This document shows, one piece after another, positions 20,138 to 30,111 of a stretch of DNA of 64,000 nucleotides. The DNA is from Chloroflexota bacterium (GTDB lineage: Bacteria; Chloroflexota; UBA11872; VXOZ01), in contig OZ219802.1 of NCBI GenBank assembly GCA_964291655.2, forward strand, positions 1,600,001 to 1,664,000, in the 5' to 3' direction. The position numbers were made by a program, and so were the translations under genes. The stretch's first letter is position 1. Each line of letters starts with the position of its first letter. Below the pieces are notes generated by a model, which was not told the origin of the DNA, searched no databases, and saw only the letters and a list, made by a program, of their open reading frames with translations.

Positions 20138-21445
20138 CTAGTCATTCCCGCCGCTGCTCGCCGATGCCCTGGGCTGCACCGGCGGTACCAGCACACGCCA
20201 TGCCAGGAGCGCCGCGAGGAGGATGGCCGGTACGAACGTAAACTGAAATACGCGCAGCCCGGTCATGATGCCATAGTTGTCGGCGACGGCGCCGAGCGCG
20301 GGCCCGACAAACAGTCCGAGCGAGTAATTGGAGGCCTGCACCAGTGAGAGGCAGGAAGCGCGCTGTGCCGAAACGAGACGGCGGTTGAGGCTCTCCTGCA
20401 TGAGCGGATGGAGCAAGCCAATCATCACGTAGACGCCGAGCATACCCAAGATGACGAGCGGCCTGAATGGCGCGTTGACGAGGACAATGAGGGATGCCAT
20501 GCCAATTATGCCAACCGTGAGAATCGCGGCCCGTTCGCTGCCCCATAGCAAGGCGCGAATGCGGGCCGAGCCGAGCATGAAGAGCGACATGACCCCATAG
20601 AACAACGCGTAGATAAACCCGAGATCGGCAGCGGAGAAGCCCAGCGACGTAAGGTACGGTCCGCCGAAGGGCCGCTCGCTCAAGAAATAGGCACGCGTCA
20701 TCACCACAAACACCACCACCAGACCAACCAGTTCGGGGTTGTGTGTGATAGTCCGGACGGTGGCCCTGAGTTGCCCGAAGTACTCGCGTGTTCTTTCCCT
20801 GAATGAGGTCGACTGCGACGGCATCGGCCGGTCGCGGGGGATGGTGGGTTCCACAAACCAGACCGCGATGCTTGCCGCGGAAATAAGTGCGGCAGCGCTT
20901 GCCCAGAACGGCCCCGAGAGGCCGGCTTGGCGCGCAACGACACCGGTGATGAGCGTGCCGGCGACCATGCTGATATTCTCAATGGCCAGGGCGCGACCCA
21001 AAAGGGTTTGGGACCTCCCCTCCAGGCCCGCACCCTTGATGGAGTCATAGAAGAGCGCCATGTCCGCGCCGGAGGCAAAGGCCGCGCCGACGCCAATTGC
21101 GACAAAGCCAATCATGAAGACAATGTATTCTGAAGCAAAGATGAGGAGGACAACGCCCGAGCAACCCAGCAGCGCCCCCACGAAGATGCTCCACTTGCGG
21201 CTGAAGCGGTCGGCAAAGAGGCCGGTGGGCAACTCCGAGGCAATGCTGGAGAAGTTGAGCGTGGCCATGAGGAGCATGAAGCCGGTGAGCGAGATGCCGC
21301 GATCCAAGAAGTAAATGGCGAAGATCGGCAGCAGCGTGCCCCAACGCACACCCCAGGCGACTTTCAACAGATAGAATTTCCACACGTTGCGCTCGAGCGT
21401 GCGCGCCTGTTCGAGCGTAGTGCTGCTTTCTGCTGATGTGAGCAT
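20138..21445 (-). CDS. MFS transporter
   Basis: About 12 hydrophobic segments with ELPTGLFADRFSRK (MFS motif A) and AFASGADMAL. Confidence 0.9.
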   Translation of the reverse strand: MLTSAESSTTLEQARTLERNVWKFYLLKVAWGVRWGTLLPIFAIYFLDRGISLTGFMLLMATLNFSSIASELPTGLFADRFSRKWSIFVGALLGCSGVVLLIFASEYIVFMIGFVAIGVGAAFASGADMALFYDSIKGAGLEGRSQTLLGRALAIENISMVAGTLITGVVARQAGLSGPFWASAAALISAASIAVWFVEPTIPRDRPMPSQSTSFRERTREYFGQLRATVRTITHNPELVGLVVVFVVMTRAYFLSERPFGGPYLTSLGFSAADLGFIYALFYGVMSLFMLGSARIRALLWGSERAAILTVGIIGMASLIVLVNAPFRPLVILGMLGVYVMIGLLHPLMQESLNRRLVSAQRASCLSLVQASNYSLGLFVGPALGAVADNYGIMTGLRVFQFTFVPAILLAALLAWRVLVPPVQPRASASSGGND

Positions 21446-21582
21446 GCGGCGAAGAACCTACATTGGCGCCGCTGCGCCGGCTATATATCCCGGTAAGGCA
21501 CTTCTCAGCGGGATACGCCCGGAGCGTATGCGCGGCGTTGAAGGTGCTCCGCCTATCTTACAGCAGGAACGTGTGCGCCGGT

Positions 21583-22467
21583 TTAGACCGGCTCGTGCGG
21601 GTTGCTCTGTGGGGAGGGAGCCGCAGTCGCGGAACGACGAACCGGCGGCATCGGCGCGGCCATGGCATCCTGCTGCGCCCAACGGAAGAAGACGATCGCC
21701 AGCGGCAGCAGCATGTAGAGGCCGCCGCCCATCCACATAATTAAGCCCCCAATACGCTGGTCGTCGAGTGCGGTGAAGGTCGAACCCTCACGCGGCAGGA
21801 GATACGCGGTGTAGAGCACCTGGCCCGAGACCGTAATCAGAACGCCTACGAGCTTGAGCCCGGCTGTGGCGAGAAAGATGTAGAGCAGGCGGCGGGGCGC
21901 GGACAGACGCGCGCGAAACGGCCACGAGTCGACCACATTCCACCAGAAGAATACTGCCGGCCAGAAGAACGTCGTGTGTTCGAGCACGTGTATGATTTCA
22001 TCATCTACCGCCGCCGAATAGAGCTGCGGCACGTGCCAGAGCCAAAGCATTGCCAGGAACAGGCCGAGCGCCACGTGGGAATGCAGCAACGTCTGCGTAA
22101 TGCGGCGCATGACGCGATTGCGCGCCACTGTAACAAAGACCGGACGCTGCAGGAAGGCCGGCAGGCCCCGCAGCACCATCACGACCGGCGCGCCCAGCAG
22201 CAACAACGGAGGCACGATGAGCACCAGCAGCAAATGCTGGATCATGTGCATGGTGAAATACTGGCCGGAGAGCGTATCTACGGGTCCGATGAGAGAAATG
22301 AGCAGGAGGGCAATGCCCGTGCCGAATGAAAACCTGCGCCACAGCGGCGGAGTGGTCCGACCGCGCCGCCGCGCCCGCGTTACGCCAATGGCATAGAAAA
22401 GGCTAGCGAAGCCGCAGCTTGCCGCAACCGAGAGGATTACAAATCCAGTCGTTAGGGCGCCGACCAT
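21583..22467 (-). CDS. ctaG: cytochrome c oxidase assembly protein (CtaG/caa3 type)
   Basis: FTMHMIQHLLL, WLWHVPQLY and DQRIGGLIMW motifs; last gene of the cox operon. Confidence 0.85.
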   Translation of the reverse strand: MVGALTTGFVILSVAASCGFASLFYAIGVTRARRRGRTTPPLWRRFSFGTGIALLLISLIGPVDTLSGQYFTMHMIQHLLLVLIVPPLLLLGAPVVMVLRGLPAFLQRPVFVTVARNRVMRRITQTLLHSHVALGLFLAMLWLWHVPQLYSAAVDDEIIHVLEHTTFFWPAVFFWWNVVDSWPFRARLSAPRRLLYIFLATAGLKLVGVLITVSGQVLYTAYLLPREGSTFTALDDQRIGGLIMWMGGGLYMLLPLAIVFFRWAQQDAMAAPMPPVRRSATAAPSPQSNPHEPV

Positions 22468-22772
22468 TATCCTGAGCGGATGCCGAAGAGGACCATAAGC
22501 GCAATCAGCAAGAGTATTTCAATGGTGAAACCAAAGAAGAAGAAGCCGGAGAACAGTTTGCTGTCATAGCGCAAGTGCATGTAATACGCGACCACTAGGG
22601 CGAACTTCGTGCCAGCCAGGACTAACAGCAGCGGCACCAGCAGCGCAAACGGGATAGCCACGTAATACGTGGCGACTTCCAGGATCGTTAGGACCGTAAG
22701 GACAATGGCAATACGGACGTAATGACCGGTCGTGGCATGGGCCTCGTCGTTATGGGTGGCTTCTGTGCTCAT
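22467..22772 (-). CDS. cytochrome c oxidase subunit IV
   Basis: 101 aa with 3 TM segments and KFALVVAYYMHLRYD. Confidence 0.88.
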   Translation of the reverse strand: MSTEATHNDEAHATTGHYVRIAIVLTVLTILEVATYYVAIPFALLVPLLLVLAGTKFALVVAYYMHLRYDSKLFSGFFFFGFTIEILLLIALMVLFGIRSG

Positions 22773-22901
22773 GCTCTTCTCCTCACGGTTCGGCTATGAC
22801 GCGGCAAGCGACAGGAAACCTTGCCAACTCTTGCCCGGCGGGGGACAAGCCTCCGGCGCTACAAGGATACCTCTTAACTTCTGCGCGCGCCGCATTCAGG
22901 A

Positions 22902-23534
22902 CTATGTCGGAATCAGATAGATCAGCGTAAAGATGATAATCCAAACAATGTCAACAAAGTGCCAGTAGAGGCCGCCCAATTCCACGTCCAGCGGCTTCAC
23001 TTTGCCAAAGTAACTCAAGACCAGCAGCGAGAACAGCCATAGGACGCCCACGCCCACGTGTGTGCCGTGAAATCCGGTGAGCACATAGAAGGTCGTGCCA
23101 AAGAGATTGGTCGTAAGCCCCAAGCCATGGTGCACGAATTCGATGAATTCGTACGCCTGGAAGCCCAGGAAGCCGGTACCGAGCAAGGCCGTCATCAGCA
23201 GCCAGAAGCGTCCCTTTTTCAGCTCGCGCTGTCTGCGTTCTTCGTCCGTGCCGGATCCCGCCGCTCTCTCGAAGCCGGCGAGCGACAGCACCATCGCCAA
23301 GCTGCTCATAAGCAGCACAAACGTGCTTACCGAAGTGAGCGGAATGTTGAGAATCTCTTCGGGATAGGGGCCAACGACACTCTTGCCCCGGTAAACGAGG
23401 TACGTAGTGATCAGGGAACCAAAGAAGATGCACTCAGAGCCAAGGAAGGCCCACATGAGGATCTTGCGGTGGTTAAGGCCCGTGGACGTTGGATGCTCTT
23501 CATGCGCCTCGTGGGCGAGTGCTGCATCACTCAT
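22902..23534 (-). CDS. coxC: cytochrome c oxidase subunit III
   Basis: FLGSECIFF, LTGFHGTHV and YWHFVDIVW motifs. Confidence 0.93.
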   Translation of the reverse strand: MSDAALAHEAHEEHPTSTGLNHRKILMWAFLGSECIFFGSLITTYLVYRGKSVVGPYPEEILNIPLTSVSTFVLLMSSLAMVLSLAGFERAAGSGTDEERRQRELKKGRFWLLMTALLGTGFLGFQAYEFIEFVHHGLGLTTNLFGTTFYVLTGFHGTHVGVGVLWLFSLLVLSYFGKVKPLDVELGGLYWHFVDIVWIIIFTLIYLIPT

Positions 23535-23690
23535 TCAGCGATTCTCCTCACGTTAGCCAATCAGTTTCGCTCTATTCTGGAATTTCATCTCTGCCCTCAC
23601 CCTAACCCTCTCCCTGAGGGAGAGGGGACAAGCTGGGGAAGTCTCTGTCTTTCGAGTTAGACTGTCTTTCCGTCACGTCTACCTGTTCAC

Positions 23691-23772
23691 TCATCGAGCT
23701 TGTCTCGTAGTTATCGAGCTTGTCTCGATAGTATTCCAGCTTGTCTTGATTGTAATCGACCTTGTCTCGAAC
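23691..23772. repeat. four degenerate 20-21-bp tandem repeats
   Basis: Core ATCGAGCTTGTCTCG repeated between the subunit I and III genes. Confidence 0.75.
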
Positions 23773-23777
23773 ATGCA

Positions 23778-25655
23778 CTAGTGTTCATCATCTGGCGGTG
23801 TGGACGCTGGTTCCAGCGACCAGGCATAGACCGAGACAATCGTCCACGCCACGCCGAATATCGCTACCAGAATGTGAATCATCAGTCCCGCAGCCGCAAT
23901 CGTCAAACCGGCGCCGACTAGAAGCGGCCAGTAGGATGGGTCCGGCATGTGGACTTCATGTTCTTCGTCAGATTCGTCCGCATGTTCGGCCACGGCCGCG
24001 CCGACCTTGCTGAGCTGCGCCGCATCGCCGTGTCCGTCGCCGTACTTGTCAAACCAAACCTGATCGCGGTGCGTAATCTGTGGAATTTCATCGAAGTTAT
24101 GCTCCGGCGGCGGACTGGGGATAGCCCACTCCAACGTGCGCGCGTCCCACGGGTCGTTGCCGGCGGGCTTGCCCTTGATGTAGCTAACGACGAGGTTGTG
24201 GAGGAACACCAAGACTGACAGGCCAATGAAGAAGGCACTGATGGTAATGAACATGTTCCAGAATTCCCAGCCCATGCCGGCGGGATATGTGCTGACACGG
24301 CGCGGCATGCCGTCAAGACCCACGAAATGCATCGGGAAGAAGGTGAAGTTCATGCCCAGGAACATAGTCCAGAAGTGAATCTTGCCGATTTTTTCATCCA
24401 TCATGCGTCCCGTGATCTTGGGGAACCAATAGTAGACCCCACCCATCAACGCTAGGATGAGACCGCCAAAGAGCACGTAGTGGAAGTGGCCGACGACAAA
24501 GTAGCCGTCCTGGAAGTGCAGGTCCAAAGGCACGGCCGCCAGCATCGGGCCGGTCAGCCCGCCGATGAGGAATGTCGTCAGGAATCCCAAAGCAAAGAGC
24601 ATTGGAACCGTCAGACGAATGCGGCCGCCGAAACAGGTCGCAACCCAGTTGAACATCTTGATACCGGTGGGAATGGCAATCAGCATGGTGGAACCGGCGA
24701 AGGCCGCATCGGCAATGGTGCCCATGCCGGTGGTGAACATATGGTGCGCCCACACGCTAAAGCCCAGGAAACCGATCGACACGGCTGCAAAGACCATCGC
24801 GCTGTAGCCGAAAATCGGCTTGCGTGAAAACGTGGGCAGGATTTCAGAAGCAATGCCGAATCCCGGCAAGACCAAGATATACACCTCCGGATGTCCGAAG
24901 ACCCAGAAAAGGTGCTGCCAGAGCATCGGGTCACCGCCCTCCGCCACCTCGTAGAAATTCGTGCCGAAAAGTCGGTCGAATTCAAGGAAAATCAAAGCGG
25001 CCGTAATGGCGGGAAAGGCGAAGATGATCAGGAAAGACGTAACGAACGTCATCCAGACGAAAACCGGCATGCGCATGAACGACATTCCCGGTGCCCGCAA
25101 ATTGATAATCGTAATGATAAAGTTTAGGGCCGCCGCTACCGAGGCCACACCGAGCACCAGCAAACCAAGACCCCAAAAATCGATGCTCAGACCGGGGGAG
25201 TATTCCTTGGACGTCAAGTTCGCGTACCCAAACCAACCGCCGTCGGGGGCCTGGCCGAACAGGAAGCTGCTGTGCATCAAGAGACTGCCGCCAAGGAACG
25301 TCCAGTAGCTGAAGGCGTTCAGACGCGGAAACGCCACGTCGCGTGCGCCGATCATCAGTGGAATGAGGAAATTGAAGAACGCCGCAGCCATGGGCATGGC
25401 GACCATGAAGACCATCGCCGTACCGTGCATGGTGAAGAGTTGGTTGTACGTATCGGGATCGAGGATCTGTCCATCCGGAGTCGCGAGCTGAAGTCGGATT
25501 AGCAGTGCTTCGAGTCCGCCAATGAGAAAGTATATGAGGGACGTTACAAAGTAGAGCACGCCGATGCGCTTATGGTCGATGGTGGTGATCCAACTCCATA
25601 CCGTCGCGCCGGTGGAAACGCGTTCCTGCGTGCGTACGTCTGTTACTGTTGCCAT
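23778..25655 (-). CDS. coxA: cytochrome c oxidase subunit I (A1-type)
   Basis: DHKRIG, FTMHG, WVFGHPEVY, WAHHMF, HFHYV and GMPRR motifs. Confidence 0.97.
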   Translation of the reverse strand: MATVTDVRTQERVSTGATVWSWITTIDHKRIGVLYFVTSLIYFLIGGLEALLIRLQLATPDGQILDPDTYNQLFTMHGTAMVFMVAMPMAAAFFNFLIPLMIGARDVAFPRLNAFSYWTFLGGSLLMHSSFLFGQAPDGGWFGYANLTSKEYSPGLSIDFWGLGLLVLGVASVAAALNFIITIINLRAPGMSFMRMPVFVWMTFVTSFLIIFAFPAITAALIFLEFDRLFGTNFYEVAEGGDPMLWQHLFWVFGHPEVYILVLPGFGIASEILPTFSRKPIFGYSAMVFAAVSIGFLGFSVWAHHMFTTGMGTIADAAFAGSTMLIAIPTGIKMFNWVATCFGGRIRLTVPMLFALGFLTTFLIGGLTGPMLAAVPLDLHFQDGYFVVGHFHYVLFGGLILALMGGVYYWFPKITGRMMDEKIGKIHFWTMFLGMNFTFFPMHFVGLDGMPRRVSTYPAGMGWEFWNMFITISAFFIGLSVLVFLHNLVVSYIKGKPAGNDPWDARTLEWAIPSPPPEHNFDEIPQITHRDQVWFDKYGDGHGDAAQLSKVGAAVAEHADESDEEHEVHMPDPSYWPLLVGAGLTIAAAGLMIHILVAIFGVAWTIVSVYAWSLEPASTPPDDEH

Positions 25656-25769
25656 GCCGACTCTCCTCGCTGCACAGACGTGGCCGTATTAGCGTATAAC
25701 GGACTGCTGCCCAATGCTATACAAGCAAATGATACAATCTTTGTGAGCATTTTCACAATCTATTCCCGG

Positions 25770-26798
25770 TTATCTGAGTGCGGTGATATAGGCCGTGAGT
25801 AAGCGAATGTCCTCTGGGGTCAGTTCAATCGGTAGAATCATCTTGTTCCCGGGTTTCAGCCCCTGAGGGTCGCTAATCCAATTCATGACGTCCGCACTGG
25901 TGTTTTCCAATATGCCGCCGGCGATATAGGCGCGGCTGCCCACGTGGGTGAGGTCCGGACCGATTGTGCCGATTGCATCGGTGCCGCGAATTGTATGGCA
26001 CGTCACGCACGCGCGGCTAACGAAGAGTTGCGCGCCTTCGGCAGCGTCACCGGTCACCTCCGCGGCAGGCTCCCGCTGTTTGTCTAACCAGCTATCGAAA
26101 GCAGCCTCCGATTCTACCACCACGTGGAATCGCATCTGCGCGTGCGCCGTACCGCAATATTCAGCGCACTGCGCCGCATAGAGGCCTTCTTCCGTTGGTG
26201 TAAACCAGATGGTATTCGTGGATCCCGGCATCAAGTCTCGTTTTCCCATGAGGCGCGGCACCCAGAATGAGTGGATGACGTCATTGGACTCAAGTTCAAA
26301 GTAGACTGCGCGGTCAATCGGAATATGGATCTCGTTGGCAGTAACCACGTCAAGATCAGGATAATGCACTTCCCACCACCATTGGTGGCCGACTACCCGC
26401 ACCCGGATTGCGTCCTCCGGCGGGGCAGCTTCGATGGTCGCCATTGCTTGATACGTCAAGATAAGCATGATCACGACGACGATGGAAGGAGCGAGCGTCC
26501 AGGCAATCTCCAAACGCGTATTGCCGTGGACCTGCGGCGGGATGCTCGTGTCGTTATCCCGCACGCGGAAGCGAAATACTGAGTAGAGGAGCAAGCCCTG
26601 GACAAGCAGGAAGATAACAATTGCAAGCCACGTCAGCGGGGCAAAAAGATCGTTGATGACTTGATTGTTGTCCGATCGCGGAAAGAGCATCGTCTGCGGC
26701 GTGTCAACCGCCCCGCAGCCGGCAATGAGAGCTACGGCCGCCGCCCCTATGATTAGCCGCGGCAGCCACCAACCCAGGTCTCGTCTCGGTGATTGCAT
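25770..26798 (-). CDS. coxB: cytochrome c oxidase subunit II with fused cytochrome c (caa3 type)
   Basis: Lipobox LIAGC, CuA ligands (DVIHSFW, CAEYCGTAHAQM) and a C-terminal CVTCH heme motif. Confidence 0.95.
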   Translation of the reverse strand: MQSPRRDLGWWLPRLIIGAAAVALIAGCGAVDTPQTMLFPRSDNNQVINDLFAPLTWLAIVIFLLVQGLLLYSVFRFRVRDNDTSIPPQVHGNTRLEIAWTLAPSIVVVIMLILTYQAMATIEAAPPEDAIRVRVVGHQWWWEVHYPDLDVVTANEIHIPIDRAVYFELESNDVIHSFWVPRLMGKRDLMPGSTNTIWFTPTEEGLYAAQCAEYCGTAHAQMRFHVVVESEAAFDSWLDKQREPAAEVTGDAAEGAQLFVSRACVTCHTIRGTDAIGTIGPDLTHVGSRAYIAGGILENTSADVMNWISDPQGLKPGNKMILPIELTPEDIRLLTAYITALR

Positions 26799-27195
26799 CC
26801 TATGCTGCCTCCTTGCGGCGAAACGTCCTTCGTATTCCGCCTGCCTGTCTGCCGGAGGTCGCATCTATGTCCGCTGTCAAAAGACTCCGGAATATCAAGC
26901 GCCGCTGCTCATTCCGGCGCAGGTATGCCCTTGCCATCTCTGTCGCTTACTCCCATGTAGTCGCTGACGGTTGCAAAAAGTCTGCCGGTGCATAACCGCT
27001 CTATTGCGGCGGTAATCCGCTCGGCAACAAGCACTCTTACTCTCATCCAATTTGCCGTGTGAAAGTAGATACAAAGTCTACCCACACTATTCTAGCCACT
27101 CGGTTCGCGGTCTACAAGTCGAACCGGCAGGACAAAATTGTAACGCTCGTTTGGGTCCACGTCTACTGCTGCCGGCGCCCTTGGGCGAAGCTTTC

Positions 27196-27873
27196 CTAAC
27201 CATGGTGTCCTCTCGCAGCAGACCAGGCGCGCTGCGCCCGCGTCCATAGTTGCAGCCACAATATGCCGATACAATACGCTCCAATTACGTCGCTCGGCCA
27301 GTGAACGCCGAGGTACACGCGGGAGATGCCAACGAGCGCGATCATCGTAAGCATGCAAGCGGCTCCAACCCCGCGCACCCAAGGCTGGCGGGCGTTTTTC
27401 CAGATAAGCCAGGCAAGGAAGCCGTAGAAGATCGTAAATGACTGCGCATGGCCGCTGGGAAAGGCAAATGTGTCCACGCCAAGGGCGGCCATTTCCTCTG
27501 GCGGCAGGGCCGGACGGGGACGCGCAATGAGCGCCTTGAGCGCCTGGTTGAGCAGATGCCCAAAGAGCGCCGCTGCTGCCAGGACAACCGCCTCTTGCCG
27601 CCAGCCGAAAACCCCAAGCAACACGACTACGGCAATAGTCGTCGGCGCGGCAATGCGAAACCAGCCGATGGCGCTGACGCCATGCAAGACAGGATCGAGC
27701 AACGGCAACCGCCAGGACTGAATTGCTTCCCCCAACGGAACATCCAGGGAAAAAGGGTCTCCCTGTAGCGCACCGAAACTCAGGACGAGCACAACGACGA
27801 AGAGCGCGAGTTCTGGAGTCCAGGGGCGCGCCCGCACGTAGCAGCGCAGGAATTCACGGAAACTCTCAGCCAT
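27196..27873 (-). CDS. PAP2-family phosphatase
   Basis: KALIARPRP, FPSGH and SRVYLGVHWPSDV motifs. Confidence 0.93.
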   Translation of the reverse strand: MAESFREFLRCYVRARPWTPELALFVVVLVLSFGALQGDPFSLDVPLGEAIQSWRLPLLDPVLHGVSAIGWFRIAAPTTIAVVVLLGVFGWRQEAVVLAAAALFGHLLNQALKALIARPRPALPPEEMAALGVDTFAFPSGHAQSFTIFYGFLAWLIWKNARQPWVRGVGAACMLTMIALVGISRVYLGVHWPSDVIGAYCIGILWLQLWTRAQRAWSAARGHHG

Positions 27874-28543
27874 CGCGACTCTCTCGCGGCGGTACGTGCT
27901 CCGCCCGGTTGGCAGCTTCGGCTTCCAGTTCCGCGGCTTTCTCCGGCTGGCCGGTCTTCAGGTAGTAAGCAATTTTCTTTTGGTTGATGAAGTTCTGGTT
28001 GTAGGCAATCCAGTCCCGATGGTACGTCTCGTTCACCATACGGTCCATGATCGCTTGCCAATCGGCGTCGTTCAGCCACGCCATGCAGGGCACGAGCAGC
28101 GCCGCCCATGCTGTGGTCAGTAGCAGGCCCGCGAGAAGTGTGGGGACGATCGCCTGCAGCAACGTGGCAAGGGAGAGCATGCTGCGGAGGTTCGCCGACT
28201 CGCCGGCATCAACGCCGGCGGTGATCAGCTCTGTGAACAGCAAGCCGAGCGGCAAGCAGAGTACGAGCAGCACCGCAGCCCCGGTGACGAGACCGAAGTC
28301 ATTGCGCCGGCTGACGCGTTGATTGGCGAGCGCCGCCGCCGCGCCTGCCAAACTCAAGTAAAGCACGGCGCCGCAGCCTATCCAGAGCAAGGGGGCCGTC
28401 AGCCATGACAGCCAACGACTGAGGAGCAGAGCGCCCGCCCAAACACCGGCCGGAAGCGCAATGCCCGCGAGCAGGCCGCTCAGGCCGACACGCCACGCTG
28501 CCGAGTATTCAAGCTGGATGCGGTGCCGCAGGTAATCGTACAC
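27866..28543 (-). CDS. hypothetical membrane protein
   Basis: 225 aa with ~4 hydrophobic segments and a polar C-terminal tail. Overlaps the PAP2 start. Confidence 0.6.
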   Translation of the reverse strand: MYDYLRHRIQLEYSAAWRVGLSGLLAGIALPAGVWAGALLLSRWLSWLTAPLLWIGCGAVLYLSLAGAAAALANQRVSRRNDFGLVTGAAVLLVLCLPLGLLFTELITAGVDAGESANLRSMLSLATLLQAIVPTLLAGLLLTTAWAALLVPCMAWLNDADWQAIMDRMVNETYHRDWIAYNQNFINQKKIAYYLKTGQPEKAAELEAEAANRAEHVPPRESRDG

Positions 28544-28676
28544 TCAGGAATGCTTCCGCACTTCTTCTCTGTACGTTGACGTGCGCAAGGCTGCCGCAGC
28601 GAGGAAGGTGGCCGGTACGCACGCATCAATGCCATTAGCCGAGGCGAGAACTGTGCTCGTCAACGCTTGGTGAAAA

Positions 28677-29471
28677 TTAGGCTTTGCTCAGCAGGTTGCG
28701 CAGTGTATCGCCCTGATCCCGCAGCCAGTCATGGATGATGTTGATGTCGGTGCCTATGCAGAAGTGGGTTACGCCCATGTCGAGGAAGCGCTGGGCCTGG
28801 TCAACCGAGTTGAACTCGGCGCGGGGCGGAATGCCCTTCGCCAAACACGTCTCGAACACCTTCTTCTCAGCGGCTTTCACGTCCGGGTGCTGGAATTCAC
28901 CGGCCCGGCCGATGTTCATGGCGTAGTCTGCGGGACCCCACTGCACCATGTCGACACCTTTGACCTCCAGGAATTCATCCAATTGGTCCACGGCGGACTG
29001 CCGTTCGATCATGAGCGCCACCACAATGTCGTCCAGCGCTTGGGGGTAATCCGGCCCGGCGCCGTAGGACATGTACCACGCCCGGCGCATGGCCACGCCG
29101 TGAATGCCGCGTGCCTCCGGCGTATCCGCCCGCACCGCCCGCACGCACTCTTCGGCATCCGCGACAGTGCGGCTGTCGGCAAAGAGCACGCTTTGAAATC
29201 CGGCGCCAATGGCGCGCTGCGCCAGAAAGCTGCGGGGCGCTTGGTCAACCTTGATCATTGTGGATAGGTTGTGCAATTCCGCCGCCCGGCAGAAGTTTTC
29301 CAGGTCGTGCAGATTGAACGGCGCATACTCGGCGACAAATTCGACGTAGTCATAAATTCCGGTCAGGCCGATTACCTCGATCATCCCAGGCCAGGTGGTG
29401 TGCACGTGGGTGGCCAACGTTGGTTCACCGGCATTGAGTTTCTCGCGAATCCTATTCGGTTGCATGGGCAT
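28677..29471 (-). CDS. HpcH/HpaI aldolase family protein
   Basis: YDYVEFVAEY, ALMIE and GPADY motifs typical of 2-keto-3-deoxy acid aldolases. Confidence 0.88.
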   Translation of the reverse strand: MPMQPNRIREKLNAGEPTLATHVHTTWPGMIEVIGLTGIYDYVEFVAEYAPFNLHDLENFCRAAELHNLSTMIKVDQAPRSFLAQRAIGAGFQSVLFADSRTVADAEECVRAVRADTPEARGIHGVAMRRAWYMSYGAGPDYPQALDDIVVALMIERQSAVDQLDEFLEVKGVDMVQWGPADYAMNIGRAGEFQHPDVKAAEKKVFETCLAKGIPPRAEFNSVDQAQRFLDMGVTHFCIGTDINIIHDWLRDQGDTLRNLLSKA

Positions 29472-29598
29472 CCTCCGGCGTGAAAGTGCGCGCAGGCAAC
29501 ACGAAAACGTCCCGCGCTCGTGTCAGTATACTGCACAAGTGCGGGACTGCCAAAGGTTAGCTAGATTAAGTGTTTAGGGGTGAGGTGCGCGGCGGCGC

Positions 29599-30018
29599 TT
29601 AGGCGCTGAGGAATAGCGCGAAGAGGAATCCTTGAATTGTCACGATCAGGGCGACCGCGGCGATCAGCATGGCGCCCAAGCGGATCGTCATGCGTTGCTC
29701 CAATGCAACGAACCGCGCATCTACCGAATCGAAGCGTGCATCCACACGCATTTCCAATTCACGCAGGTCGGCTTTGGTGGCCACCCGCAACGCTTCCAGG
29801 TCGGCTTTGGTGGCTACCCGCAACGCTTCTAAGTCGGCTGTGGTGGCCATCCGCAACGCTTCTAAGTCGGCTGTGGTGGCCATGTTCGCTATGTCGGCTT
29901 TGGTGGCTAGGGCGTCGCGGGATTCGCCCAAGGCCTCAATCAGAGTTTGCGCTTGCGTCTCCGTGAAGCCTCCGGCCGCAAGCGCCGTATACGCCTTGTG
30001 GGTGTCAAGTATTGCCAT
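29599..30018 (-). CDS. DUF1640/CCDC90-like coiled-coil membrane-anchored protein with 11-aa repeats
   Basis: DTHKAY...GFTETQAQ head, repeated AT(K/T)ADLEALR(M/V) encoded by 33-bp DNA repeats, and a C-terminal TM segment. Confidence 0.8.
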   Translation of the reverse strand: MAILDTHKAYTALAAGGFTETQAQTLIEALGESRDALATKADIANMATTADLEALRMATTADLEALRVATKADLEALRVATKADLRELEMRVDARFDSVDARFVALEQRMTIRLGAMLIAAVALIVTIQGFLFALFLSA

Positions 30019-30111
30019 CAGTTATTGCTCCTTGTAGTTTCTTTGCGCCGGAGAGCTTCGCTCTTCCGGAGAAGAGCGCCGGACGCGGGCGCAATCCGAC
30101 CAAGGCGCTCC

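Noticed and set aside
23691-23772. Mini-CRISPR or iteron set
   Set aside because: The units are directly adjacent without spacers and lie within the cox operon, with no rep or cas gene nearby.
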